A stretch of DNA of 43,881 nt from Gemmatimonadaceae bacterium (GTDB taxonomy: Bacteria > Gemmatimonadota > Gemmatimonadetes > Gemmatimonadales > Gemmatimonadaceae). The position numbers and the translations under genes are program-made. The notes below the pieces were generated by a model that saw only the letters and a list, made by a program, of their open reading frames with translations, had not been told where the DNA came from and did not search any database. Within the stretch, counting starts at the first letter, position 1. Each line of letters begins with the position of its first letter. The stretch is from positions 1 to 43,881 of the forward strand of contig DATFFQ010000039.1 in assembly GCA_035249955.1 (NCBI GenBank), written 5' to 3'. Positions 8,334-17,420 of the stretch are shown in pieces.

Positions 8334-11300
8334 ATGCCATCGCTGTCAGGCAAGACATCCTCTGCCCAGGCGCCATCGCCGCACCACCAATCGGTGTGGC
8401 GGCGATGCAGGCCCGTCTCGGTCGTGGCGTTGATCCTCCTATCGCTTGCCGCAGCGCCGGTGCTGGCGCAGGACGGCGCGGTGGGCGGCACGGTGGTGGC
8501 CGGAGCGGCGGCGACACCGATCGCCGGTGCACAGGTGATCGTGCAGGGAACGACCAACGGTGCCGTGACCGATGCCGCCGGTGCGTTCCGGATCGCCGGA
8601 CTCAGCGGCGCCCAGGTGACGTTGGAAGTGCGGCGCATCGGCTTCCGCATGGAATCGCGCACGGTCAACGTCGGTGACATGGACATTCGCTTCGTGCTCG
8701 TCGAGCGAGCCGTGGATCTCGAGGCGATCGTCGTCACCGGTACGCCCGGCGCGTCGACCAAGCGGGAGCTCGGGAATGCGGTCTCCACCATCGACGCCAG
8801 CGCGGTCAACGAAGCGCAAACGACCAACAACCTGCAGGAGCTGCTCAACGGCCGCGCCGCCGGCGTCTTCATCCAACCCACCAGCGGCGCCGTTGGCTCC
8901 GGCTCCCGCGTCCGCATTCGCGGCGCCTCGAGCTTCTCGCTGTCCAACGAGCCGCTGCTCTACGTGGATGGTGTGCGCGTCAACAACGCCACGGGCGTAG
9001 GTCCCGAGAACCAGGCGTTCGGCTCCAAGTCGATCTCCCGATTGAACGACATCAACCCCGAAGACATCGAGAGCATCGAGATCCTGAAGGGGCCCGCGGC
9101 GGCAACGCTGTACGGCACGGAAGCCTCGAACGGCGTGATCCAGATCATCACCAAGCGCGGGGCCGCCGGTGCCCCGCGCTGGAATCTGATGGTCAAACAG
9201 GGCTCGAACTTCCTCATGGATCCCGAGGGACGCTTCGAGACCAACTATCAGATCGATCCGGACACCGATGAGATCATCACCCTCGACATCGTCGAGGCCG
9301 AAAACGCTCGCGGCACGCCGATCTTCCGCTCGGGACACCTCCAGGAGTACGACCTGAGCCTCAGCGGCGGAGCCGAGCGATATCGCTACTACGTGGGGGG
9401 CGGGTTCGAGCGCAGCGAAGGTGCCGAGCGGAGCAACGACCTGGAGCGCTACAACGCGCGCGCGAATCTCTCGCTCACGCCGTCGGACAACCTCACCATC
9501 AACGCCAGCCTCGGGTACACCGATGGCGCGACGAACCTCAGCGCCGAGGCGGGCTTCGGCGGTCGCGTGTGGTCCACCGTGCTGGCGAACCCGGCTCGTC
9601 TGGTATCGCAGCCGGAGAGTCGCGGCTTCCATAGCGGCACGCCGGAGCAGTACGACCTGCTCTACAACTTCTCGCAGGACGTGGATCGATTCACGCTGGG
9701 CATGCAGGTCCAGCACAACCCCTTCCCGTGGCTGCAGCACAGGCTGAACGCGGGTCGCGATCGCACGTTGGAGGAGAACGTGATCTTCATCCCGCGGGTG
9801 GACTCGCTCCTCACCTCCGTGTTCGGGTCCGAGGCGCTCGGCTTCAAGGAGGTCAACGAGCGCACGATCACGTACACAACCGTGGACTACAGCGCGACCG
9901 CGACCTTCGACCTGACGCCATCGCTACGCTCGTCCACCTCCGGTGGGGCGCAATACTACCGGCAGCGGACGGACTCCGTGTTCGCGACCGGGGCCGTGTT
10001 CCCCGCGCCGGGACTGAGCGCCGTGTCGGCGACCACAGTCGATCGCTTCAACGCCGAAGACTTCGTCGAGGATGTGACGGTTGGCGTGTACATCCAGGAG
10101 CAGATCGCCTGGCAGGATCGCCTCTTCCTGACCGCCGCCGTCCGCGCCGATGACAACAGCGCGTTCGGCGTCAACTTCGATCGGGTCTACTATCCGAAGT
10201 TCAGCGCCAGCTGGGTGCTGAGCGACGAGCCGTTCTTCGAGGTTCCCTTCGTGAACTCGCTGCGGTTGCGCGCGGCATACGGCGAGTCGGGCAAGCAGCC
10301 ACAGAGCTTCGCCTCCCTGCGCACCTACCAGCCGGAGACGGGACCCGGCGACGTCGCGGCGGTCACGCCGCAGTTCATCGGCAACCCGGATCTCGGGCCG
10401 GAGCGTGGGCGTGAGATCGAGGTCGGCTTCGACGCGAGCTTCCTGGAGGATCGCGTCGGGCTCGAGTTCACCTACTACAGGAAGCGAGTCGAGGACGCGA
10501 TTCTCGAGCGTGAGATCGCCCCCTCGGGTGGCTTCGCCGGATTCCAGTTCTTCAACGCCGGTGAGGTCGAGAACAGCGGGCTGGAGATGCTGCTTCGCGC
10601 GCGCCCGATCGACCGGGAGTCCGTGAGCTGGGACCTCACCTTCAGCATCGGCACGAACGACAGCGAGGTGCTGGACCTGGGTACGCCGGGCCTCGAATTC
10701 GTCACCGCGGGAACGTCGCTGCGGCATCAGGTCGGCTTCCCGATCGGCGCGTGGTTCGATCAGAAGGTGGTGAGCGCCGAGCTGGACGCGGACGGCACGG
10801 CCATCAACGTGATGTGCGATGACGGGCAGGGCGGCTCGATGCCCTGTCGGGGCGCGAACGGTGTGTTCGGCGGCGGGGATGACGCCCCAGAGGTCTTCCT
10901 CGGTCGCACGACGCCCGACCTCGAGGGCGCCATCTCGTCGACGGTGACGTTCCTCGGCAATTTCCGGCTGGCGGCCCTGGTGGACTTCAAGCGCGGCTTC
11001 CGGAAGCTCGATGGCAACACGCGCGTGCGGTGCGCCTTTTTCGGCGGACGCTGCCGCGAGAACTTCTTCCCCGAAGAGTTCGACCCGAAGCGCATCGCCG
11101 CGATCCAGTCGAGTAACAATCTGGTCGACTGGCTGATCGACGACGCCGGGTACACGAAGCTGCGCGAGGTGTCGCTCACTTACCTGGTACCGTCCAACTG
11201 GGCGCAGCGATTCGGCGCCGACGCCGCAACGATCACGGTGGCCGGGCGCAATCTGCACACCTGGACGAGCTACGGCGGTCTCGAGCCCGAGGCGAACTTC

Positions 11301-11396
11301 CTCAGCGGCTCACGCGGCGGTCAGTTCAGCGCCTGGGAGCAGACGACGCTGCCGCAACTCTCACAATTCGTGGCGACGATCAACCTCACGTTCTGA
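8334..11396 (+). CDS. SusC/RagA-family TonB-dependent outer-membrane receptor.
   Basis: AGGAGG plus 6 nt upstream of ATG. Signal peptide, then a carboxypeptidase-regulatory-like region (GGTVVAGAAATPIAGAQVIVQGTTNGAVTDAAGAFRI), then plug (IEILKGPAAATLYGTEASNGVIQIITKRG), then a roughly 800-aa beta-barrel ending with a terminal F (ATINLTF). A SusD-like gene is immediately downstream. Confidence 0.9.
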   Translation: MPSLSGKTSSAQAPSPHHQSVWRRCRPVSVVALILLSLAAAPVLAQDGAVGGTVVAGAAATPIAGAQVIVQGTTNGAVTDAAGAFRIAGLSGAQVTLEVRRIGFRMESRTVNVGDMDIRFVLVERAVDLEAIVVTGTPGASTKRELGNAVSTIDASAVNEAQTTNNLQELLNGRAAGVFIQPTSGAVGSGSRVRIRGASSFSLSNEPLLYVDGVRVNNATGVGPENQAFGSKSISRLNDINPEDIESIEILKGPAAATLYGTEASNGVIQIITKRGAAGAPRWNLMVKQGSNFLMDPEGRFETNYQIDPDTDEIITLDIVEAENARGTPIFRSGHLQEYDLSLSGGAERYRYYVGGGFERSEGAERSNDLERYNARANLSLTPSDNLTINASLGYTDGATNLSAEAGFGGRVWSTVLANPARLVSQPESRGFHSGTPEQYDLLYNFSQDVDRFTLGMQVQHNPFPWLQHRLNAGRDRTLEENVIFIPRVDSLLTSVFGSEALGFKEVNERTITYTTVDYSATATFDLTPSLRSSTSGGAQYYRQRTDSVFATGAVFPAPGLSAVSATTVDRFNAEDFVEDVTVGVYIQEQIAWQDRLFLTAAVRADDNSAFGVNFDRVYYPKFSASWVLSDEPFFEVPFVNSLRLRAAYGESGKQPQSFASLRTYQPETGPGDVAAVTPQFIGNPDLGPERGREIEVGFDASFLEDRVGLEFTYYRKRVEDAILEREIAPSGGFAGFQFFNAGEVENSGLEMLLRARPIDRESVSWDLTFSIGTNDSEVLDLGTPGLEFVTAGTSLRHQVGFPIGAWFDQKVVSAELDADGTAINVMCDDGQGGSMPCRGANGVFGGGDDAPEVFLGRTTPDLEGAISSTVTFLGNFRLAALVDFKRGFRKLDGNTRVRCAFFGGRCRENFFPEEFDPKRIAAIQSSNNLVDWLIDDAGYTKLREVSLTYLVPSNWAQRFGADAATITVAGRNLHTWTSYGGLEPEANFLSGSRGGQFSAWEQTTLPQLSQFVATINLTF

Positions 11397-11433
11397 CCGG
11401 GCCGAGCGCCCTCAACCCGATCATTCAGGTGAC

Positions 11434-12732
11434 ATGATGCGATCGACCCAAGATCAAGCGTTACAGGTGGGTGCGCGGTGGCTGACACGCGGCCTCTCGC
11501 TGGCCGTGCTCGTCGGCTCCGTCGCCGCGTGCGACAGCTTGCTCGACGTGGACACGCCGAGCCGAGTACCGGCGAGCCAGCTCGAGCAGCCCGAGAACGC
11601 CCAGCTGTTGGTGAACAGCGCCATCGCCGACTTCGACTGTGCCTTCGGAGCGTACGTCGTGCTGGGCGGACTCATCGGCGAAGAGCTCATGGATGCCACC
11701 CAGACGGCAGACCGGTTTCCCTACGATCGCCGGGACCACCAGCCGAGCGATCGGCGCTATGCCGTGGAGACCTGCGACGACCTTGGCGTATACACTCCGC
11801 TCAACACCGCCCGGGCCTCGGCGGACAATATATTGGATCTTCTGCAGAACGTATGGACCGATGAGGAGGTCGAGAATCGCACGTCGCTCATCGCTACGGC
11901 GGCAGCATACGCCGGATATAGCTTGGTCCTGCTGGGCGAAGGCTTCTGCTCCGGCGTCATTTCCACCGTCGACGAGAATGGACAGATCGTCTTCGGATCC
12001 GAGCTGACGCCGACACAGCTACTCGAGGCGGCGGTGGAGCGATTCACGACGGCCATCGACGCCGCGTCGGGAAACAGCGGCATCCTCAACATGGCGCGAC
12101 TGGGCAGGGCCCGGGCGCTGCTCGACCTGGGCCGCTTCGCGGAAGCCCAGGCCGATGCGGCGCTCATACCCGTCGGATTCGAAGCCCAGGCCACCGCCTC
12201 CGCGACGACCATTCGGCGCCAGAACCGGGTGTGGTCGGAGAACAATCTCACCGGTCAGAACACCTCCGTGGGTGCTCCGTATCGGAACCTCAACGATCCG
12301 CGCGTGCCCGTCGAGGATATCGGCGAGACCGCTGCGGGCACGGGTATCGCGATCTGGGTGCAGACCAAGTACGCCGACGTGTCCGACCCGATTCCGATCG
12401 CCAGGTATGACGAAGCGCAGCTGATCATCGCCGAGGCCGAGCTGGAGAGCGGTGATCTGCCGACGGCGCTCGGCATCGTGAACACCTACCGCGCGCGCGG
12501 CGGGCAGGCGGCGCTTCCCGGTGGCAGCACCGCGCAGCAGATCCGCGATGCGCTGATCGATCAGCGGCGGCGGGAGCTCTTCTTGGAGGGACACCACCTG
12601 GGCGACATCAGCCGCTACGATCTCACGCTCTCGCCGCCGGCCGGTACGGCATACCACGGAAGCGGACAGTACGGAAGCCAGAAGTGCCTCGCGCTACCGG
12701 ACGTCGAGCGGCAGAACAACCCCAACCTGTAG
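11434..12732 (+). CDS. SusD/RagB-family outer-membrane lipoprotein.
   Basis: Signal with lipobox LAVLVGSVAACDS. Length and helical TPR-like composition are typical of SusD partners. It is paired with the upstream SusC-like gene, 37 nt apart. Confidence 0.8.
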   Translation: MMRSTQDQALQVGARWLTRGLSLAVLVGSVAACDSLLDVDTPSRVPASQLEQPENAQLLVNSAIADFDCAFGAYVVLGGLIGEELMDATQTADRFPYDRRDHQPSDRRYAVETCDDLGVYTPLNTARASADNILDLLQNVWTDEEVENRTSLIATAAAYAGYSLVLLGEGFCSGVISTVDENGQIVFGSELTPTQLLEAAVERFTTAIDAASGNSGILNMARLGRARALLDLGRFAEAQADAALIPVGFEAQATASATTIRRQNRVWSENNLTGQNTSVGAPYRNLNDPRVPVEDIGETAAGTGIAIWVQTKYADVSDPIPIARYDEAQLIIAEAELESGDLPTALGIVNTYRARGGQAALPGGSTAQQIRDALIDQRRRELFLEGHHLGDISRYDLTLSPPAGTAYHGSGQYGSQKCLALPDVERQNNPNL

Positions 12733-13005
12733 GGACGAGGGACGCGGGACGCGGGACGCGAACACCGGAGCCCTCTGTTTGGCCGACTAGCGAGGGACTA
12801 GAGGTAGTGATTTCCAGTAATTCAGTGGGAGGTAAGGTAAGAGCTAAGAGCGTAAAAGGGGCACACCCTTACACTTTTACTCTCTCATGCAGTACTGAAT
12901 CACTGGAAATTACTACCGCTAGTCCGTTGCTCGGTGGCCCGACTGAGGGCTTCGCCTGCGCGTCTCCAGTCCCGCGTCTCGCGTCCCGCGTGCCGCGTCC
13001 CCAGT
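12733..13005. repeat. AT-rich imperfect palindrome (foldback element or structured RNA candidate) of about 270 bp, with (GGGACGC)n outer arms.
   Basis: Outer arms: gggacgagggacgcgggacgcgggacgcg (12733-12762) against cgcgtctcgcgtcccgcgtgccgcgtcccc (about 12972-13001), which are reverse complements. Inner arms: ctagcgagggactagaggtagtgatttccagtaattcagt (about 12787-12826) against actgaatcactggaaattactaccgctagtccgttgctcg (about 12891-12930), roughly 85 percent complementary. Central AT-rich loop of about 64 nt. There is a sharp local GC drop. No credible ORF. Confidence 0.6.
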
Positions 13006-13073
13006 AGTGCTGTCTCCGCTCACGCGATAGCTTTCTCACGGCCGGACCTCGCCCTCGCAGCGGAGAACGTGGT

Positions 13074-14399
13074 ATGAGCAAGGCAGTACCCACCTCGACA
13101 CTTCCGAAGACCGAGAACGGCGCCATCGAGACCACCGATGCGCGTACCGGCAAGTCGTACACACTGCCGATCGTCGAGGGCGCGATCAGGGCGATCGATC
13201 TGCGGCAGATTCGCGTCGATGCGGACGACTTCGGCCTCATGAGCTACGATCCCGCCTTTCTGAACACGGCGTCGTGCCGCAGCGCCATCACGTATATCGA
13301 CGGCGACAACGGCATCCTCCGCTATCGCGGGTATCCCATCGAGCAGCTCGCGGAGCAGGCCACCTTCCTCGAGGTCGCGTGGCTCCTGCGGCACGGCGAG
13401 CTGCCCGCGCAGCAGCAGTACGACGGATTCGTGAGCTCGATCAAGTATCGCACCTACGTTCACGAGAACATCCGCAAGTTCCTGGAGGGGTTCCGGTACG
13501 ACGCGCATCCCATGTCGATGCTCTGCAGCGCCGTGGCCGCCATGTCGTCGTTCTATCCCGAAGCGCGCAGCATCTTCGATCCCGAGCAGCGCAACCTCTC
13601 CATGATCCGGCTGCTGGCCAAAGTGCCCACGCTGGCGGCGTTCTCGCTGCGGCACATGCGCGGTCTGCCGGCGGTCTATCCGGACAACAGTCTGTCGTAC
13701 ACGGACAACTTCCTGGCGATGGTCTTCCGCATGGCGGAGCCGCGCTACGACGTGAACCCCGTGTTCTCGCGGGCGCTCGAGATTCTGTTCATCCTGCATG
13801 CCGACCACGAGCAGAATTGCTCGACCAGCGCCGTGCGATCGGTGGGGTCGTCGCAGGTGGATCCGTACTCGGCCATCGCGGCCGGCATCGCGGCGCTGTT
13901 CGGGCCGCTGCACGGAGGCGCCAACGAGCAGGTGCTACGGATGATCAAGGACATCGGTGACACGTCGCGCATCCCGGCGTTCATCGATGGGGTCAAAAAG
14001 GGATCCGGCCGCCTCATGGGGTTCGGGCATCGCGTCTACAAGAGCTACGACCCGCGCGCCAGGATCGTGAAGCAGCTTGCCGACGACGTGTTCAAGGTGA
14101 CCGGCGTGGACCGCGATCTCGAGATCGCGCTGGAGCTCGAGCGGATCGCGCTGTCCGACGACTACTTCGTGTCGCGAAAACTCTATCCGAACGTGGACTT
14201 CTATACCGGGCTCATTTACCGGGCGATGGGCTTCCCGACCGACTTCTTCACCGTGCTGTTCGCCATCGCGCGCATGGCGGGCTGGTTGGCGCAGTGGGAG
14301 GAGATGCTGCTGGACAAGGAGCAGAAGATCGCCCGGCCGCGCCAGATCTACATCGGTCCCGGAGAGCGACAGTACCGCAGCACGCTCGCGCGACGCTGA
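13074..14399 (+). CDS. gltA: Citrate synthase (type II, hexameric class).
   Basis: Full-length match to bacterial citrate synthases: GYPIEQL, LLRHGELP, FILHADHEQNCSTSAVR, GPLHGGANE, GFGHRVYK, DFYTG. GGAGAA lies upstream of the ATG. Confidence 0.95.
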   Translation: MSKAVPTSTLPKTENGAIETTDARTGKSYTLPIVEGAIRAIDLRQIRVDADDFGLMSYDPAFLNTASCRSAITYIDGDNGILRYRGYPIEQLAEQATFLEVAWLLRHGELPAQQQYDGFVSSIKYRTYVHENIRKFLEGFRYDAHPMSMLCSAVAAMSSFYPEARSIFDPEQRNLSMIRLLAKVPTLAAFSLRHMRGLPAVYPDNSLSYTDNFLAMVFRMAEPRYDVNPVFSRALEILFILHADHEQNCSTSAVRSVGSSQVDPYSAIAAGIAALFGPLHGGANEQVLRMIKDIGDTSRIPAFIDGVKKGSGRLMGFGHRVYKSYDPRARIVKQLADDVFKVTGVDRDLEIALELERIALSDDYFVSRKLYPNVDFYTGLIYRAMGFPTDFFTVLFAIARMAGWLAQWEEMLLDKEQKIARPRQIYIGPGERQYRSTLARR

Positions 14400-14430
14400 G
14401 TCGCGCACTCCGGGGAGTGGGTGCCCGCGC

Positions 14431-14841
14431 ATGCTCCGACCGTTCTACTATAGGGAGACAGACGGCATCCGCGTGACGGTGCAGCCGTTGTTCGTGCGCA
14501 ACCAATCGCGACCCGCTCGCGGCCACTACGTGTTCGCCTACTTCGTGCGCATCGAGAACGTCGGCGCGAACGCGGCGCAGCTCCTGCGACGGCGCTGGCT
14601 CATCCACGATTCCATCGGCGAAGACACCGAGGTGGAGGGAGAAGGCGTGGTCGGACAGCAGCCGCGCATCGAGCCTGGCGAGGTGCACGAATACGAGAGC
14701 TTCTGCGTGCTGAAGTCTCCCTCCGGATACATGGAGGGATCCTATCTCTTCGTGCGACCCGACGGCTCCGAGTTCGACGCGCGCATCCCCCGGTTCCTCC
14801 TCGATGCCAGCGAAGCCGGGGGAGAGAAGCTCACCTCCTGA
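14431..14841 (+). CDS. apaG: ApaG (DUF525) protein.
   Basis: ApaG signature along the whole 136 aa: YFVRIENVGANAAQLLRRRWLIHDSIGEDTEVEGEGVVGQQPRIEPGEVHEYESFCVLKSPSGYMEGSY. Confidence 0.85.
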   Translation: MLRPFYYRETDGIRVTVQPLFVRNQSRPARGHYVFAYFVRIENVGANAAQLLRRRWLIHDSIGEDTEVEGEGVVGQQPRIEPGEVHEYESFCVLKSPSGYMEGSYLFVRPDGSEFDARIPRFLLDASEAGGEKLTS

Positions 14842-14985
14842 GCGCGTTCGCCCGGTGTTCGGTGCCCATCGGTTCTCCACCCCGCCGGCTCCTCGAGCAC
14901 CATTAACACGTCGCGGACGGTTGCGTCTACCGAGATGAATCGGGCGCACCGTGCGTCCGCTCGAACGAATCGGCCTGGAGGATTC

Positions 14986-15393
14986 ATGCGTCGCATCCCG
15001 ATCTTGTCGCTCGCCGGCGTGCTCGTGCTCGGCCTCTCGACCAGCGCGGCCGCGCAGACCGCTGCTCCGCGCGTCCTTGCGCACCGCCAAGTGGCGGCCC
15101 ACCGCGCCCACGTGCGCCACGCCTGGCGACACGACCGGCGCGAAGATGTTCGCGACCGGATGGAGAACCGCGTCGATCGTCGCGAGGACATTCGTGACCG
15201 CCGCGAAGACGTCCGCGATCGCCTGGAGGACAGGCTCGACCGCCGGCATCAGGGAGGCTGGCGCGACCGTCTGGAGGACGTATACGACCGGCGTGAGGAC
15301 CGCCGCGATCGTCGCGAGGACGTGCGCGACCGCCGCGAAGATCGCCGCGATCGTCGCGAGGATTGGCGAGACCGACGGCACGGCTCGTTCTGA
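14986..15393 (+). CDS. Secreted protein made of a His-rich segment followed by roughly 12 RREDxRD-type charged heptad repeats.
   Basis: GGAGG lies upstream of the ATG. The signal peptide is MRRIPILSLAGVLVLGLSTSAAAQ. This is followed by HRQVAAHRAHVRHAWRH, then DRREDVRDRMENRVDRREDIRDRREDVRDRLEDRLDRR...DRREDRRDRREDVRDRREDRRDRREDWRDRRHGSF. The underlying DNA is visibly tandem-repetitive. Confidence 0.6.
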   Translation: MRRIPILSLAGVLVLGLSTSAAAQTAAPRVLAHRQVAAHRAHVRHAWRHDRREDVRDRMENRVDRREDIRDRREDVRDRLEDRLDRRHQGGWRDRLEDVYDRREDRRDRREDVRDRREDRRDRREDWRDRRHGSF

Positions 15394-15418
15394 GCGACTG
15401 CGCCAGCAGATAGCGATC

Positions 15419-15455
15419 GGCAGCGGGATCTGGGTCCCGCTGCCGGTTTTCTTTT
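15419..15455 (+). terminator. Rho-independent terminator after the heptad-repeat gene.
   Basis: ggcagcggga-tctggg-tcccgctgcc (10-bp perfect stem) followed by ggttttctttt. Confidence 0.65.
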
Positions 15456-15504
15456 CCACCAGGGTCGCGACATCTTACACCGGTCACCGTCCGGGAGAGC
15501 CGAC

Positions 15505-16080
15505 GTGGGAGTGCCCGTGAGCGCCGTCACCATTAGGCACCCGCCGTGGCTGGCGGCGGCGGTCGATTGGGACCGGCACTACGCGAGCGATGAGGAACGC
15601 ATGCGCCTCACCGTTTCGCTCGCGCGGCGGAACGTGCGCGAGCGCACCGGAGGTCCGTTCGCGGCCGCGGTGTTCGAGCGCGAGTCGGGCCGCCTCGTCG
15701 CCGTCGGCACCAACGGCGTGGTGCGCGCGAACAACTGCGTGCTCCACGGCGAGATCGTCGCGATCATGATGGCTCAGGCGCGGCTGGGCTCCTATACCCT
15801 GCGCGCCGAGGGGATGCGCGAGCACGAGCTGGTGACGTCGTGCGAGCCGTGCGCCATGTGCCTGGGCGCCACGCTGTGGAGCGGGGTGCGCCGCCTGGTG
15901 TGCGGTGCATCGCGCGAGGACGCCCGGCGTCTGGACTTCGAGGAGGGCCCGGTGTTCCCGGAGTCCCACGCCTACCTCGCCGAGCGCGGCATCGAGATCG
16001 TCCTCGGCGTCTGTCGCGCCGAGGCGAACGAAGTGCTGGAGATGTACGTGCGGGAGGACGGGGAGATCTACAATGGATAA
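15505..16080 (+). CDS. guaD: Cytidine/deoxycytidylate-deaminase-fold nucleobase deaminase, most similar to GuaD-type guanine deaminase.
   Basis: GGPFAAAVF, HGEIVAIMMA (HxE), TSCEPCAMCLGA (PCxxC). Close resemblance to B. subtilis GuaD (GGPFGAVIV...HAE...TSCEPCPMCLGA). The start codon is uncertain (GTG 15505 per the ORF track). Confidence 0.7.
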   Translation: MGVPVSAVTIRHPPWLAAAVDWDRHYASDEERMRLTVSLARRNVRERTGGPFAAAVFERESGRLVAVGTNGVVRANNCVLHGEIVAIMMAQARLGSYTLRAEGMREHELVTSCEPCAMCLGATLWSGVRRLVCGASREDARRLDFEEGPVFPESHAYLAERGIEIVLGVCRAEANEVLEMYVREDGEIYNG

Positions 16081-16157
16081 TGCGCGTGGCGCGTGGAGAG
16101 TCCAGTCTCGGTACCTCTCTGACTGACCAGACCCGCCACCCCTATCCAACTGTGCGC

Positions 16158-17393
16158 ATGAACCGTCAACCCGTCCACACGCTCTACGTCGCCGCCGACG
16201 CGCTCACTGCGCGGACGGCGCGTGATGCCGGCGAGCGTGCCCTCGCGGCGCTGGGCGAGTGGGCGCCGAGCCCCGGCGCGTTCGGGCGCGCGCTCGGCTG
16301 GAGCGAGGACGATGAGCTGCTCGACACTGTCTACGCCCGCGTCGTCGAGAAGCTGGAGCGGGAGCCGGTGGAGGATCTGCGCGCCGACTTCGAGGACGGC
16401 TATGGTACACGCACGGACGCCGAGGAAGATGCCGAGGCGCGGCGAGTAGGCGAAGCCATGGCGGCCGCGGCGGCGGAGCACATTCTCCCGCCGTTCTCGG
16501 GGATTCGCGTGAAGCCGTTCACCGACGAGCTGCGTGCGCGGAGCGCGCGGACGCTCGAGCTGGTGCTCACGGCGATCGTCGACCGGTGCGGGGCGCTGCC
16601 GCCGGGGATGCGCATCACGCTGGCCAAGATCACGACGGCGGAGCAGATGGCCCGGTTCGCCGACCTCCTGGGCGAGCTGGAGGCCCGGCTCGGCGTACCG
16701 GGCGGGACGCTGCGGTTCGAGATGATGGTCGAGACGCCACAGTCGCTCATCGATGCGAGCGGCGCTGTCGCACTGCCGCGTCTCATCAGCGCCGGACGTG
16801 GCCGGGTGTCGGCGGCGCACTTCGGCGTGTACGACTTCACTACGGCCTGCGGCATCGCCCCATCGCACCAGCGCCTGCGGCAGCCGCTGGCCGATTTCGT
16901 GAGGCAGACGATACTGGTGGCGCTGGCCGGCAGCGAAATTTGGCTATCCGACGGCTCGACGGCAGTGCTGCCCGTTCCCCCTCATCATGTGAGGGGTACA
17001 TCCGACGAGGAGCAGACTGGCGCTCGACGCGCAGCGGTGTACGACGGCTGGAAGCTCCACTTCGACGACGTGCTCAACTCGCTGGCGCAGGGCTTCTACC
17101 AGGGGTGGGATCTTCATCCCGCGCAACTGCCAGCCCGATTCGCGGCGGTCTACCGGTTCTTCTTGTCGGGGATGAGCGCAACCGCGTCGCGGGTACGTGC
17201 GCTGCTCGAGCGCGCCGAGTCCGGCGCGATCCAGGACGATCCGGCAACCGGGCAGGCACTGATCGCGTTTCTCGCGCGCGGGGTGGCCTGCGGCGCCTTG
17301 TCGAGCGCTGACGTGTGCAGGGCGAGCGGACTGCGACCGGACGAGCTGGGATCGGGCTCCTTCGCCGAGGTACTGCGCGCTCGGCGCCGCTGA
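16158..17393 (+). CDS. HpcH/HpaI aldolase / citrate-lyase beta (CitE)-like TIM-barrel protein.
   Basis: The start is ATG MNRQPVHTLYVAADAL. LRADFEDGYG resembles the DFEDA/DLEDA Mg-site motif of the CitE/malate-synthase superfamily. LAKITTAEQ...LRFEMMVETPQSLIDASGAVALPRLISAGRGRVSAAHFGVYDFTTACGI is collinear with the CitE core (PKVES...ALIETA...AFGAEDY). It is convergent on the uricase gene. Confidence 0.6.
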   Translation: MNRQPVHTLYVAADALTARTARDAGERALAALGEWAPSPGAFGRALGWSEDDELLDTVYARVVEKLEREPVEDLRADFEDGYGTRTDAEEDAEARRVGEAMAAAAAEHILPPFSGIRVKPFTDELRARSARTLELVLTAIVDRCGALPPGMRITLAKITTAEQMARFADLLGELEARLGVPGGTLRFEMMVETPQSLIDASGAVALPRLISAGRGRVSAAHFGVYDFTTACGIAPSHQRLRQPLADFVRQTILVALAGSEIWLSDGSTAVLPVPPHHVRGTSDEEQTGARRAAVYDGWKLHFDDVLNSLAQGFYQGWDLHPAQLPARFAAVYRFFLSGMSATASRVRALLERAESGAIQDDPATGQALIAFLARGVACGALSSADVCRASGLRPDELGSGSFAEVLRARRR

Positions 17394-17420
17394 GGCGACA
17401 CGGTTCCGGCGCGACGCCCG

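Noticed and set aside
8439-11258. Several 400+ aa minus ORFs (8439..9740, 9924..11258) inside the SusC-like gene
   Set aside because: Mirror frames of a well-supported TonB-dependent receptor CDS.
12684-13240. ORFs 12684..13007 (+) and 12869..13240 (-) spanning the AT-rich palindrome
   Set aside because: They begin inside or run into flanking genes, have no SD, and their translations are low-complexity. The region is better explained as a non-coding foldback element.
14248-15487. 403-aa and 167-aa minus ORFs overlapping gltA 3' end, apaG and the heptad-repeat gene
   Set aside because: They overlap three well-supported + genes and have low-complexity translations. The repeat DNA gives open frames on both strands.
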